Shown here: in pieces, positions 1 to 18,803 of the stretch | Numbering within the stretch: the stretch's first letter is position 1 | Layout of the letters: each line of letters starts with the position of its first letter | NCBI RefSeq assembly: GCF_009914755.1 | Contig: NC_060934.1 | Direction: 5' to 3' (one strand) | Source: the human T2T-CHM13v2.0 reference genome, Homo sapiens | DNA length: 64,000 nucleotides | Notes under the pieces: model-generated | What the model was told of the DNA's origin: nothing | The model's database searches: none | Seen by the model: only the letters and a program-made list of their open reading frames with translations | Position numbers and translations under genes: made by a program

Positions 1-55
1 ATTGTGTTTTGAAATGTGAGAGGGACATGAGATTTGGGAGGGGCCAGAGATGAAA
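1..55 (+). mobile_element. MaLR (MST-int) internal 3' end with polypurine tract
   Basis: GATTTGGGAGGGGCCAGAG purine tract directly before the LTR start; typical MST/THE1 internal 3' end. Confidence 0.75.
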
Positions 56-453
56 TGCTATGGTTTGGCTCTGCAGCCCCACCCAAAGCTCGTGTCAAAT
101 TGTAATCCCCAGTGTTGGAGTAGGGGCCTGGTGGGAGGTGATTGATTCATGGGGGTGGACTTCTCCCTTCTGTTCTCATGATAGGGAGTGGTGAGTGAAT
201 TCTCACGAGATCTGGTTGTTTAAAAGTGTGTACCACTTTCCCCTATCCTCTCTTCCTCCTTCTCTGGCCATTTAAGATGTACCGGCTTCCCCTCTGCCTT
301 CTGCCATGATTGTAAGTTTTCCGAGGCCTCTACAGCCATGCTTTCTGTACAGCCTGTAAAATGGTGAAACTATGTTTTAAACCTCTTTTTTGAAAAAATA
401 AATTACCAGGTCTCAGATAGTTCTTTATAGCAATGTGAGAACAGACTCATACA
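56..453 (+). mobile_element. MaLR LTR, MSTA-like (3' LTR)
   Basis: Starts TGCTATGGTTTGG, contains TGTAATCCCCAGTGTTGGAG and GCCATGATTGTAAGTTT, ends GAACAGACTCATACA. Confidence 0.85.
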
Positions 454-3400
454 CATGTAGACTTTAGTGTTTATGAATTTCTTCCTTTGAAAATTTTCTC
501 TGCCCTGAGTACTTGAAATTTCTGGAAACTCTGGGAGAATTGTTTTACTTCTAAGGACGAATTCAACAGAATGATTACTTAAAAAGAGTAAAAAATGCAT
601 TATAAAACATGACACTTTGTCTCTTCCTTGCTCAAGAGATTAATCCATTTTCCCATGTCTCAGAAATTCTTATTTGTATTTATGCAAAAGCTGTTCTTTC
701 TGCATAATACATCTTATTACACCAAAACTACACATTCTAATATTTGTCTGATACTTTTATGTTTCAAATATTCACGTTGTGAGTTTAGTACAAAAGTGTA
801 AGTTTATATGTGATCCTGAAAACAAGAAGGAAATTATAGTAACCATCTTCAGCTTAAAAGTTTTATACTTTATCTGAACATAAATTGCACTTCACATGAA
901 ATAAGAAGCTGTAATTCTACTCTTTTCTTTAGTACTACTCTGAATTTACACTCAGTCAAATCTTTGTTTAAATTAATCTCTCTAAAGAAAAGAATAGGCA
1001 ATAAATCAGTTAAAAATAAATATAATTATAAAATTTGTGTTCTTCATTTTCAAAGGAATGTTGGCTCCATGTCAGAAATCAACAAGCAAAGGCAATCACC
1101 TCTATTATACTTCAGCATTGTGATTCAGTGCAGTCATTAGTTATGAAGGGTTGGGAGAATTTAGAAAGAGAATACTTAACTTGGGCTGGGGAAGGATAAG
1201 TGAAATCTCAGTAAAGGAAATGATAAACCATAATCTGAAAAGAGAAGGGGTCACAAGAAGTATGGAAATGTTCATGAGAAGCATAAGGGCTCTTTAAACT
1301 GGCCCAGAGAGTTGACATGATATGAATTATTTTAAATAATTAATTTGTATCACAAATACCACATAGATAAAAGAGGAACAAATAAGCAGTGGGATTTAAA
1401 TTAAAATATGTGTGAACACTTTAAATTTATTTTTAACCCCTTGGAAAAAATATTTTTCACAGTAAATGGCTTGGCTGTTTCTGAAGATGCCATAGAATTG
1501 ATGAGCAATACCAGCCTGTCTCAAGCAAATTGTCAAAGCTAAATGGAGTAAGTGTTTAAAATGGTCACTCAGGCAGAACCATCTGCTTATTAAAGTGTTT
1601 GCTTGAGAAGCCAGGTGCTGAAGTGCTAATGCATTTATTGATGACATGCAAATTTGTTAAATATTGAAATCTCCTTTATCAAGATGTCATAGTTGTCGTT
1701 CTTCTCCTTCCTCTTTTCCATTCCTTTCTTGCAACAGTGGAGAGAACAAATCAGAAAAGCTGGAGTTCAGCTTTGATCTATGAAAAAGCTAATTAAAGCA
1801 GAACAAAGATAAATAATATAGAACGTGATGAAATAAATTAAGCATTCTCCGCAAGTAAGCTGTGCTATTTATTCATAAGGGTACCAAGAAGTTGATTTCA
1901 TTGTCCCCTGTGGAGACTCTATGACAAAATATCTGTTATATCAAACATTAGTTTATTGCAAAATAGGAGTTATTTCAGCTAGAATTTTATGCTTTTAAGA
2001 TACTGGCTAAATTATTAGACCATATATGAAGTAATTAGGAAAATTGGAGGCTTTAAAAGAAATAAAGGTAGGATAACCACTGAGTGTGTATGTAGTGATT
2101 AAAATAGCTTTAAACCATTAAAAGTAAAATTGTTAATTGAAGAAAATACACCATGTGTTCTACCTTCCAGTTATAGCCAATGCTAATTACTCTCCATAAC
2201 TCTTTCCTATTCTGCTCATTTTGTGTATCACATACCGTAATTCGTTTTGGAGGGTGATTAGTAAGCCCAGGTGTCTATGTCTTGTCCTCTGCCCAAATGG
2301 ATGGTTCCCATCTACTCGCAGGCCCTCTAGTGCAATATGGAAAGTGCTATGATAGAGGTACAAACAGGTTTAATAAAAGAAAGGTCTGCAAGAAGAGGAG
2401 ACTCAAGTTAAATTTGAACAGAGGAAAGGTATTCACTAGTAGAGAGTATGGAGTAAAGGGCCACGCAGAAGGCGAAATTACAAAGGCAAAGACGTGATGG
2501 AACACAGTAAGGTTGGATACCATTTAGCACTATGGTTAACAATGACCTATCTATGGTGGCCAGAGATACAGCAAGTAATGAGGCTGAAATAATGAATGGA
2601 AATAAACAATTTTGAAGGCATGTTTGACATCCCCAGAAAAGGAATATATGTTGTCATGATGAAAAATAATTTTGGGATTTCAAACAAGGTATTCATATGA
2701 TTGGACTTGTATTTAAGATGGGCTACAGTGGCAGGTAGGTAATATTTGTGTTGGGGATGCAAGTGATATTGAAAATATATTAGAGACAGCAATCTAGGAA
2801 GAAAGAATCTTAGAAATCCAAATGAAGATAATTTATAATTATCCCTTAAAAACACAGTCTCCAGAAAATATATGTAAATATGTGATTATGTAGCAATTTC
2901 TTAATTTTAAAAATAACATATTAATTTATGAAATCAGGTTACATAAACAAGAATGCAAATGGATCATTATTGGGCAAAAAATCTGAACATATTTATTATA
3001 TTTAATATTTTAATGAGGAAAATCAGAAATAGTATCCCAATTAAACTGTAAAATGGAAGAGAAATATACCTCATAAAAAGGCTAGATTCTTAGAAAAGCT
3101 GTATAGGTGTGAAATATAAATGTCAAAGGAAAATTCAAGGTGTAAAAGTAGCAATGTTAATTTAAAGATATTTTAAGGACATTTTATGAAGTGTTTGTAC
3201 CATGGCTTTCCCAGAAAATCTATATTTAAAATATCTGGAATGATAAGAAGACATAAGCTGTCATAGAGTATATTTTTTAGTAATCAGTCCTGCAAATATG
3301 GCTATAGATAGGCCAATCATAGCTTTCATTAACATATAATGTACTCATGTTTAAACTCTAGTTTGCTGGTTTTATAAATAATTAAGAATTCTGTTTTCTT

Positions 3401-3629
3401 GTAGATGATCCTTGAGTGGTTCATTTATTTTCTAAAACAGGAGTAATATTTATTTATTTAGTTGGGAAGTACTGTGTGAAAAACAGAGTAATGAAGTACA
3501 TGTTATTTAATTATGGTGATTTTTAAGGACTATTCATATTATTATGATCACTAATGTTTAAAGTTATTAATAATTAAAATGCAAGACTCTAGTGTCATCA
3601 TTGTTTTGTCTCTTTCTCACAAACATGTT

Positions 3630-4742
<1,113 letters not shown>

Positions 4743-5843
4743 AAACAAAAGGGCATTATATGATTTTCTGAAGCTCCTGAATTAACCAACCCTGGAGCTG
4801 CCCTAACTCCGGCCATCTTATAAGGTAATAACTTCCTAATTGCTTGAGAAGTTGGTCAGTGTTTTATTTTACCTACAACTGAAAATACTCAAACTGATAT
4901 AGAAGAATTTTGACTGGGACATATTGTTCTGATATTGGATTAATGCTTAATATGATTACAAAAACAAAAGTTTTAGAGCCTTAGATTTATCATAAGGCAT
5001 GGGGAATAGAGACAAATTCCAGGTACATTTTACATGTAGAATTGACATGACATGCGGAAAGAATTAGGAGAGAGTGTTGCAAATAGTCATAATAAATGTA
5101 TGACAATAAGTAAGATTTCAAAGCCTTGAAGTAGATAATTTAGCAAAAGAAGTAATTACACAAACTGGAAAGGTTGGACCTTGGAAAAATCTGAAATTTC
5201 TGATTGTTTAAGTAGGAAAAGACATCCTAGAATCTTTCCAGGAAGTCCCTTTTGTGATTCTACATCATTCAGAGAAATGAGACAACCTTTCTTTAAAAAT
5301 ATTTTTCAGTTTAGGTCCTAGTAGAAAGCAAGGCTAAACAAAAAGTTTAAAATGCATTGATGATTTTGCACTCATGCATTTCTAAAAAAATGTTAAATTT
5401 CCAACATCATAACTCAAAAGTACTAATTACATTAACAAAGAAATAATCATTTTTATGCAATTATACCACACCAGTGATGTTCCAATCAGATGCCACTTCT
5501 GGTAACAGATGTCACAGATGATATAATGAATTCTTGCAACTGTTTCTGATAAAATAGTTAAAACAATCTCCAATCAGGTCTGATCACATACAGCTATTTT
5601 TCATAATGCACAAAAGAGAATTTTCTTTACTTTACATGACAATAATAGCTATTTTCTAAACTGTTTTAAAGCACCTGAGAACCTAGAGCCACAGAAGTCG
5701 TTTGCTGTATTGATGATCACAGACCAATATTTTGGAAAGACTTGGAACCACATCTTGTTATCCGTGTACCTATACTCATACATATTCTATACTCTTAATA
5801 GAACTTTGTGCATTGTTTTATACCTTTTCTGCAAAATACGTAA

Positions 5844-6181
<338 letters not shown>

Positions 6182-7719
6182 AGTATTTTTCAATACTATG
6201 CGCTCCTATGTGCTATTTCCTAGTTAAGTCATGTAATAATTTGCTCCTCTTCTATTACCATAATATTGAGTAATTTTTCAATCTATATAAAGAGTGAAAG
6301 ACTCCATCAAGTGTATTTAATTTCACCCATTACAAATAGTATGATCCAACTAGCTGAAGAATGGAAGAATCAGACAACCAGCATTTAAATTCAGAGCCCA
6401 GCACTACGCTAGCTACCATGAAAGATAAAAAATATATAAATATCATCTCAGATATTTGAGCTTAATTCAGAAAATAAAACTCAGCATTATGGAAAGATGT
6501 AGTAAGCCTAAAAACCACAATAGTAAAGAATTGTGATGCAATTGTCAGAAAAATTATCACTGAAGTGATTTTAGATTGATTCTTAGTTTCTGTTCTTAAT
6601 TCTAATTTATAAATATATGTTTTGTTATGTTGGAGCTTCAGAGCTAAAAGATAATTACAATGGGTCATTGAGATTAAGGATGTCAGTGCCTAGTATAGGA
6701 TAAATTTTAATAACTAAATTTCAATAACTAAATTTCTAAAATATTTATGGATAGAATACTTCAAGGAGATTAGAGGCATCAAGGTAGACTCTCTGAGGTG
6801 TGCGGTCATATGGTATCTGGATTCGAATAACGCTTTGAAATTTTCTGAGATACTGCAAAAGGATGTCAGATGGTGTATTTTAAAAGCACAAAACCAAAAG
6901 GGGTATTTGGAGAACTACTGAAAACTTTTACAGTGTCAGAGGGAATACAAAATATCTCATGTTTGCACATACCTGAATGTAGACTATGAACAGATTATGG
7001 AGTTACTTAATAAGAAAATAAATTTATTATTGACATATAAAATAATCCAAATTTTGTGATGTTGAGCAAGAAAAGTTTAGAAGAAAACTGGTGTTGAATA
7101 AATGATAATTATTAGAAAATACAAGGAAAGAAAGTGGATGAAAAGGATAAACCTGTAACACAATAATCTCAAATTAAAATGACAAAGGTTTTGATGTAGA
7201 TGATGAAATGGAATCTAAGTACAATAAATTCATTGTCAATTCAATGGAAAAAGTCATTGAATAGAACCTGATAAATACACTGGCCAACAAACAATTCCAG
7301 TCACTGCTACATCCCATTTTAAATTATTAAATATAGCAATCATAAAGAAAAACCCAGAGAATAAGATTATGAACACCTGAATACCAATTACCTAGCTTTA
7401 AAAATTATTAATCCTTTTTTATATTCTCTTTATGTTTTTCAAAATAAAGTACTACATTTAAATTTTTTGTGGCCTATTGTAAATGAAGCTTAAAAAACTC
7501 CACTGAGATGGCAGAAAACTAACTCTTTTAAAAGACAAATCTACCACAAGAAGAAGAAAATTTGGGAAAGTGGGTCAATAAATGGTACCTAATATATCAG
7601 ATAAGAAAGAATTGAGTGTTCCAGAAGTAGGCTCTAATAATCAAACTCAGTATAGCTACAGAAAATTTCAAACATTCGAGAATTGAACATAATGATACCC
7701 TAGAGGGAATCTTATAGCT

Positions 7720-8520
7720 TTATTTATCAAAAAGACATGCAAATAAATAAGAAAATATGGCCACATACAGAAAAAATAGCAGTCAATAGAAATTCCCCTT
7801 AAACAAACCCAGATGCTGGACTTACTGAACACGTCCTTAAATCAACTTCTTGAAGTATGTTCAAGGAACTAAAGGGAACCATGGCTAAAGACCCAAAAGA
7901 AAGTACAATAGTAAGTCTCAGTATGTGCAGAAAGTCAATAAGGAGATAACAATTATAAGAAGAAACAAAAAACTGGAGATTTTAAATACTAACATTTGGC
8001 AACCTTGGAAATTAGATTTTCCCTCTTCCTTAAGGTTTGGTGGTGGTGTTTGTTGTTGTTGACAGTTCATTGTGACTCCTGAAGTCTCTACTAGTTAGCT
8101 CAGTGGTCAGCTAATGATTTGATAGAGATTGATGTAAATGTCTGGAACAAAAAAGTCCTCATCCATACCGAGTGACTGTGTCTTGGGGCAGGAAGGAGTG
8201 GAGAGACAATGAAGCCTTATAGAGGCCAAGTATATATTCACCACTGAAATTAAATTGGTGTTAATCTGGACCAGATTGTTGTATGTTAAGATGTTAATTT
8301 AAATTCCCAGGTCAGCCACTAATTTAAAAAACTTAAAAAATAGAGCATATCAAATAACAATTGTATTTTTATATTGATCTTTTATCCTATGACCTTGCTG
8401 AACTCAGTTTTACAAGTTGTTGTTTTGTTGGTAATTCACTGGAATTATGTATCACGTCATCTGCAAAGAGAAAGTTTTATTTCTCATTTCCCAATGTGAA
8501 TGTCTTTTATTTTGTCTTCT
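7720..8520. mobile_element. Old L1M (L1MC/MD-type) fragments, mixed orientation
   Basis: ORF1-region-like CAGATGCTGGACTTACTG...AAGGAACTAAAGG on +; ORF2-like TTGTATTTTTATATTGATCTT...TCATCTGCAAAGAG on -. Confidence 0.5.
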
Positions 8521-8524
8521 ATTT

Positions 8525-8528
8525 AGTG

Positions 8529-8562
<34 letters not shown>

Positions 8563-8891
8563 TATATATTTAGTATATATACTAAATAGTATATATATAA
8601 AAGTATATATGTGTGTATACTAAAATATATATTATATAAAGGACATTTGATATCATTTTTAAATATAATATATAGATTGTATTTTAGTATATACTATATA
8701 TGTACGTATCCTAAAATATACTATATATTATATATGTACTAAATATACTAAATATATTTAACATATTTATTTATTTAGTAAATGTAGACTAAATATGTCT
8801 AGTATAATATTTAGTATATATACACATATATGTTGCTAAATATATGTTTATATACTATATTAATACACATACACACACACACACATACATG

Positions 8892-8926
<35 letters not shown>
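8525..8926. repeat. (TA)n/(CA)n/(GA)n compound low-complexity tract
   Basis: Visible dinucleotide runs. Confidence 0.9.
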
Positions 8927-8927
<1 letters not shown>

Positions 8928-9040
8928 CAGCAATAAGATCTCATTCTGTCACCCAGGCTTGAGTGCAGTGGCACAATCATAACTCACTGCAGCCTTCTGG
9001 GCTCAAGGGATCCTTTCACCACAACATCCAGAGTTAGCTT
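8927..9040 (-). mobile_element. AluJ/FRAM-like partial monomer
   Basis: TCTCATTCTGTCACCCAGGCTTGAGTGCAGTGGCACAATCATAACTCACTGCAGCC...GGGCTCAAGGGATCCT. Confidence 0.8.
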
Positions 9041-9609
9041 ATAATTAAAAAGAATTTGAGTTATTAAATATTCTATTTTTCCTTCACTAGTTATGATATC
9101 TTTACATTTTTAAATAATTTTCCATTTCCTTCAGGCTTTTAACATTGTTGGCTTATATTGGAGAACTTAAACCAAGTAATCCTCTGTCCCTGTTACCCAC
9201 TACTGGAAATAGGAATCATTTTTGATTCTGTGCTAAACAATTTTAGACTGACTTTTTTTAGACTAAACAAATTTAGACTGACTTTTTTTCCTATTTTTTA
9301 AAAATAACTAACACTGAGATCAGTAAAAAGTAAACTGCTTGCTGTAAGAAACACCTGCTGATGGAAAATAAGGTGTGAACAAATTAGCCAGAGTACCAAA
9401 CTTATTAAGAGTAATAGCTCTCCTATCAAGAGTTGCTTTAGACTCTCACCTCACTGTACACACCAATAGCCAATCCAAAGCTATTATACCAATATACCAC
9501 TCAATCCCAAATCATTCCCACCTTATAAGTCATACTCAGACTGTAAGTCAAAATTATTCAGCCCATGATCTAAAACCCTATAAATGCCTTTCTATGTTTT
9601 CTTTTCTAA

Positions 9610-9653
9610 AATTATTTTATTTCATATATTTTACATCTACAACATGATGTTCT

Positions 9654-9703
<50 letters not shown>

Positions 9704-9960
9704 TATACACAATGAAGTGGTTACTACAGTCAAATAAATTAACATATTCATTATCACACATGGTTAACTATTTTGTGATAAGGATATCTAAATTCTACTC
9801 TCAACAAATTTCAGTATATAGTAAAATATTAAATGTAGTTATCATGCTGTACACTAGATCACTCAGCTTATTCATTAAGTCAATGAATTCCTCCATTTCT
9901 CCCATCCTCCCCACCCCTGATAACTACCTTTCTATTCTCTATTTCTATGTATTCAAGATA
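9610..9960 (-). mobile_element. L1MA 3' end fragment containing (TA)n
   Basis: TACAACATGATGTT...GGTTACTACAGTCAA...ATGCTGTACACTAGATC, the L1MA 3'UTR pattern. Confidence 0.7.
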
Positions 9961-12499
9961 GTCACATTGGTGTATAGTTACAGAACTATAATAATAGGTA
10001 GATGTTGAGGCTATCATAAGATAGTCAACATCTTATCTATCAATGTGGTATTTAGTACTTAAACACTTTCTAATGCTGAAACATCTTTGCTTGTGTATGC
10101 ATTTTTTTACATTGCTGAGTTTGATTTACTATTGCAAATATTTTATAGGTTAGATGAATCCATATTTTCAAAATTGGAAATTTCATTTTTAGAATTAGGT
10201 ATCTAGTTTATATTAACCTCCTAAGTGTTTTAATTAGAATGTTGTTCATTATTCTCTGAAAGAGCTTGCATAACAGTTTATTTGTTCTTTGAAGATTTGC
10301 TCAAACTTGTGTATAAAGCCATCTAGTGGCCTTTTAGAAGGGATCATTCTGACACAAATTTGATGTCATTTTTAAATTCATTTACAACTTTTATTTTCTT
10401 AGTGTATTTCAGTACTATATCGCTTTAAAGCATATCAACATATTTTATTTTGCTATTCTTGTGTTATATTAAAAATCTTTACTTTTGACTGTAGTTATGT
10501 CCTTTGAATTAGTTCAAACTATCTGTGATGTTTCCCTGTTTCTTTATAAATATTGCCAGATATTGGTTTGTTGGAGTGAGAGGGAAAAGGGATGGCCTGG
10601 TCTCAAAGAATAAGTTCTTTTGGCTTTGTTCACCCTTTTTTTTTCTTGATTTCATTTTCTATTTTACACTTATTTTTACATCTTCCCTTTTACTTTTCTT
10701 AGTTTTGTTATATTACCCCTTTTATATAATTGTTTTATTAACACATGTACTTTAAAGTATTAACTTACTTCTAAATGCCACTATGCAGAAGCTTTTTAGT
10801 TTGAAGCCCTTGAGTTTTCATGTGTGATAATTTGCTACCAATATAATGTGTATATTCTGTCGATTACATTGTATAATACACTTTAAGGTGTGAATAAATT
10901 GTGAATAACATGTGTTTATTGTATGCCTTTTATTTATATAGTTTTATTGTACACAAATTGTATGATATTGAATGAATTACGTGCAATTGCATTCCATTCA
11001 GTGCACTAGGTTTTATTACGTCAATGCTTGGAAATTTGTTCCATCGTGACATTGTCTCTAGACAATTTTATTTTTTGAATTCCATTTGATCATGAAATGA
11101 ATGAGTTCAAATTATGTTATATATTTGCATATATATGAATACATATATATTGTAAATAAATTTATGCATATGCAGTATGGATAAATACATATACATGTAT
11201 AAGTATATACACATATATAATTAAGCCTGGTTGAAATTATAATTGTTAATTATTTTAAAAATGGTTCTCTTTTAAACCACTTGTGGTATGATTGACATAT
11301 AAACAGTTGTACATATATAAGTATATATCTAGATGAGTTTGGGAGTACGTATACAATCGTGAAACCATCACCATCATCCAGGCCATAATCATATCCATCA
11401 CCTCCCAAAGTTTCTTTCTGCCCTCTTTAATACTTATTTTTTATTTTTTGTGTGTGAACATGTAACAGAAGGTCTACTCTCTTATGAATTTGAATTGTAC
11501 ACTACAGTATTGTTAGCTTACATGTACTATGCTTTATAGATCTCCAGAACTTTATCTGGCATTGCTGATAGTGAAACATTGTACCTTTTAACCATGACTT
11601 CTCCATTTCCTCCCCGCTCCAGCCCCTGGTAACCATCATTCTCTTCTTTGCTTCCATGTCTTTGACTTTTTTAGATTCCACGTCTAAGTGAGATCATACA
11701 TTTGTTTGTATTTGCAGGGCTCCTTTCCCTCCAAGTCCATTTATGTTCTTCTAAATGATAGGATTTCCTTTTTTTCTAAGGTTGAATAATATTCCATTTT
11801 ATATATATAATACATTTTCTGTATCCATTCATCTGTAATTGGGCATTTAGATTGATTCCATATCTTGGCTATGGTGAATAATGCTACAATAAACATGGAA
11901 GTGTTTCTTTATCTCTTCAGCATACTGATTTCATTTCCTTTATGTATACACCCAGTAATGACATTGCTGGATCATATGGTAGCTCTATTTTTAACATTTT
12001 GAAAAACTTCCATACTGTTTTTCAAAATAGCTGTATCAATTTATCTTCCTGCCAACAGTGTACAAAGGCTTCTTTTTCTCTACCTCCTCACGAACACTTA
12101 TCTTTTTTTCAAAAAATACTAACCATCCTAACAGGTGTAAGGTAAAAGTATATCAGTGATTTCCATTTCATTGATGATTAGTTATATTGAGCACATTTTT
12201 ATATACCTGTTGACAATTTTTATGTCTTTTTAAAGAAATATCTGATCAGGTCCTTTGCAATCATTTTTAAGATGGGTTATTTGTTTGATTTTTTTTTTTT
12301 TGCTATTTAATTGTATAAATTCCTTGCATAGTTTGGATATTAACCCCTTATCAGATATATGATTTGCAAATATTTTCTCCCATTTTGTACGTTGACTTTT
12401 CATTTTATTGTTTTCCTTGCTGTGCAGAGGCTTTTTAGTTTGATGTAATCATACTTGTATGTTTTTGCTTTTGTTGTCTGTGCTTTTGGTGTCATATAA

Positions 12500-14364
<1,865 letters not shown>

Positions 14365-15590
14365 ATTGCCAAGGCCAATATCAAGGAGCTTATACTCTGT
14401 GTTTTCTTCTAGCAGTTTTACTGTTTCAGACCTTATGTTTAAATTCTCCAATCCATTTTGAGTCGATATTTGTGTATGGTATAATAAGTGTTCAGTTTAA
14501 TTCTTTTGTATGTGGCTATCTGTTTTTAACACCATTTATTGACTATCTTTTCCCTATTATGTATTCTTGATGTCCATGTTGAAAATTAGTTTACTGTGTA
14601 TGTCTGAGTTTATTTCTGGGCTCATCATTCTGTTTCATTGGTCTATGTGTCTGTTTTATGCTAATTCCATTTTTTTATTACTACAGCTTTGTTATATTAT
14701 CTAAACTCAGGAAGTGTGATGCTTTCAGCTTTGTTTCTTTTGCTCAAGATTACTTTGACTGTTTGGGGTCATTTGTGGTTCCACACACATTTTAGGGTTG
14801 TATTTTTTTTTCCATTTCTGTAAAATCAAAACTAGAATTTTGATAGGAATTGCTCTGGAATTCCTATCCAGGAATTTCATCCCAAATTTTAGAGTTGTTT
14901 TTTCCGTGTCTGTTAAAAAAAAAAAAAAACCATTGAAATTTTGATAGGAATTGAATCTGTAGAAGGTGTTGGGTGTAAGAATCGTTTAACATTCTTATAT
15001 TTCCAATCTTTGAATAAAAATTTTTTTCTATTTATTTGTGTCTACTCCAATGTCTTTCATCAATATTTTATAGTTTCAATGTATAGATTTTTCACCCTCT
15101 TGGTTCAACTTATTTCTAAATGTTTTATTTTTTATGCTATTGTAAATGGGATTGTTTTCTCAATTTCTTTTTTGGAGAGTTTATTATTAGTGCATAGAAA
15201 CGTGACTTATTTTTGTATGTGCAGTTTATAACTCACAACTTTACTGAATTCATGTATGAGTTCTAACCATTTTTTGGTGGGTTCTATAGGGTCTTCTATA
15301 AGGTTATGTTATCAAAAAACAGAGATAATTTTACTCCTTTTCTATTTGGTTGTCTTTTATTTCTTTTTCTTGCCTAATTTCTCTGGCTAGGACTTCTAGT
15401 ACTATTTTGAATAGAAGTGGTGAGTGTGGGCATCTTTGTTTTGGTCCTAGTACTAGAGAAGAAGCTTTTACCGTTTCTGCCATTGAGTAGGATGTTAGTT
15501 GTGACCTTGCCATATACAGAATTTATTATGTTGTGGTACATTCTTTCCATACTTAATTAACTGAAAATTTTTATTATTAAAAGATGTTGA

Positions 15591-15951
15591 GAGGGCAGTT
15601 CCAAGATGGCCAAATAGGAACAGCTCCAGTCTTTGCAGGCACATGGATGAAGCTGGAAACCATCATTCTCAGCAAACTATCTCAAGGACAAAAAACCAAA
15701 CACCACATGTTTTCACTCATAGGTGGGAATTGAACAATCAGAACACTTGGACACAGGAAGGGGAACATCACACACTGGGGCCTGTCGTGGGGTGGGGGAA
15801 AGGGAGAGGATAGCATTAGGAGATACACTTAATGTAAATGACTAGTTAATAGGTGCAGCACACCAACATGGCACATGTATACCTATGTAACAAACCTGCA
15901 CGTTGTGCACATGTACCCTAGAACTTAAAGTATAATAAAAAAAAGGAAAAC
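15591..15951 (+). mobile_element. Internally deleted L1PA (L1PA4-6-like): 5' terminus joined to 3' end
   Basis: GAGGGCAGTTCCAAGATGGCCAAATAGGAACAGCTCCAGTCT (L1 nt ~1-42) fused to TTGCAGGCACATGGATGAAG (ORF2 end) + 3'UTR + poly(A); exact TSD AAAAGATGTTGA at 15579-15590 and 15952-15963. Confidence 0.92.
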
Positions 15952-16713
15952 AAAAGATGTTGAATATTTCAAATGTTTTTCTCCATCTATTTAAATAATC
16001 ACATGATTTTTATTGCTCATTCTGTTAACATATGTCACATTATCAATTTAAATAAGTTGAAACAGCCTTGTATCCCAGGGATAAATCACACTTGTTTGTG
16101 GTGTGTAATCTTTTTAATGCAATATTGAATTCAATTTTCCTGTGTTTTTTAAAGGATTTTTGCATTTACGTTTGTCAGGGATACTAGCCTGTAATATCTT
16201 TCTTATAGTTTCCTTGTCTAACTTTGCTATCTAAGTAATGCTGGCCTCATAGAATAAATTTTGAAATGTCCTGTTCTCTTTAATATTTTGGAAGATTTTG
16301 AAAAGAATAGACATTAATTCTTTTTTAAACATTGTTATAATTCATCAGTGAAACCACTGGGCCATGGGCTTCTCTTTATTGGGAGGTGTTAGATTATTGA
16401 TTCAATCTGCTTATGCGTTATTGGTCTGTTCATATGTTCTATTTTTTATGGTTCACTCTTGGTAGGTTGTATACGTTTCTCAGAATTTATCCATTTTTTT
16501 GTAGTTTATCTAATTTGTTGGCATATAACAATTCATAGTAGGCCTCATGTCCCTTTGTATTTCTATGCTACCATCAGGTGTTATGTCTACTCTTTCATTT
16601 ACAATTTTATTTATTTGAGTCTTTTCTCTTTTTTTCTTAGCCTACCTAAAAGTTCGAGAATTTTTAAAATATTTTCAAAAACGAACTACATTGGTCATTC
16701 CCCCACCCCCCCC

Positions 16714-18296
<1,583 letters not shown>

Positions 18297-18462
18297 TTCT
18301 ATTGTTTTTATAATTTCTACTTTAATTACTGCTGCTCTAATCTTTATCTTCATTTAATAATTATCTTTTTCTTCTTTTTTTAGTTACTTCAGAATTCTTT
18401 TTTACAAAATCAAATCTTGTTTTCAATTTTATTCTTCTCCTTGAACATATTAAGTAGACATA

Positions 18463-18803
18463 TGATATGGTTTGGTTCTGTGTCCCCACCCAAATCTCAC
18501 CCTGAATCATAATCCTCATTATCACCATGTGTCGAGGGCAGGACCAGGTGGAGGTAACTCAATCATGGGGGCAGTTCCTTCATGCTGTTCTCACGATAAT
18601 GAATGAGTTCTCACAAGATCTGACAATTTTATAAGCATTTGGCATTTCCTCCTGCCTCCCTGTGAAGAGGTGCTTTCTGCCATGATTGTAAGTTTCCTGA
18701 GGCCTCCCCAGCCATGTAGAAATGTGTCAATTAAACCCTATTTCTTTACAAATTACCCAGTCTTGGGCAGTTCTTTATATCAGCGTGAGAATGGACTAAT
18801 ACA
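18463..18803 (+). mobile_element. THE1 solo LTR (THE1C/D-like)
   Basis: TGATATGGTTTGG...CCCACCCAAATCTCA ... GAATGGACTAATACA; 5-bp TSD ACATA on both sides. Confidence 0.92.
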
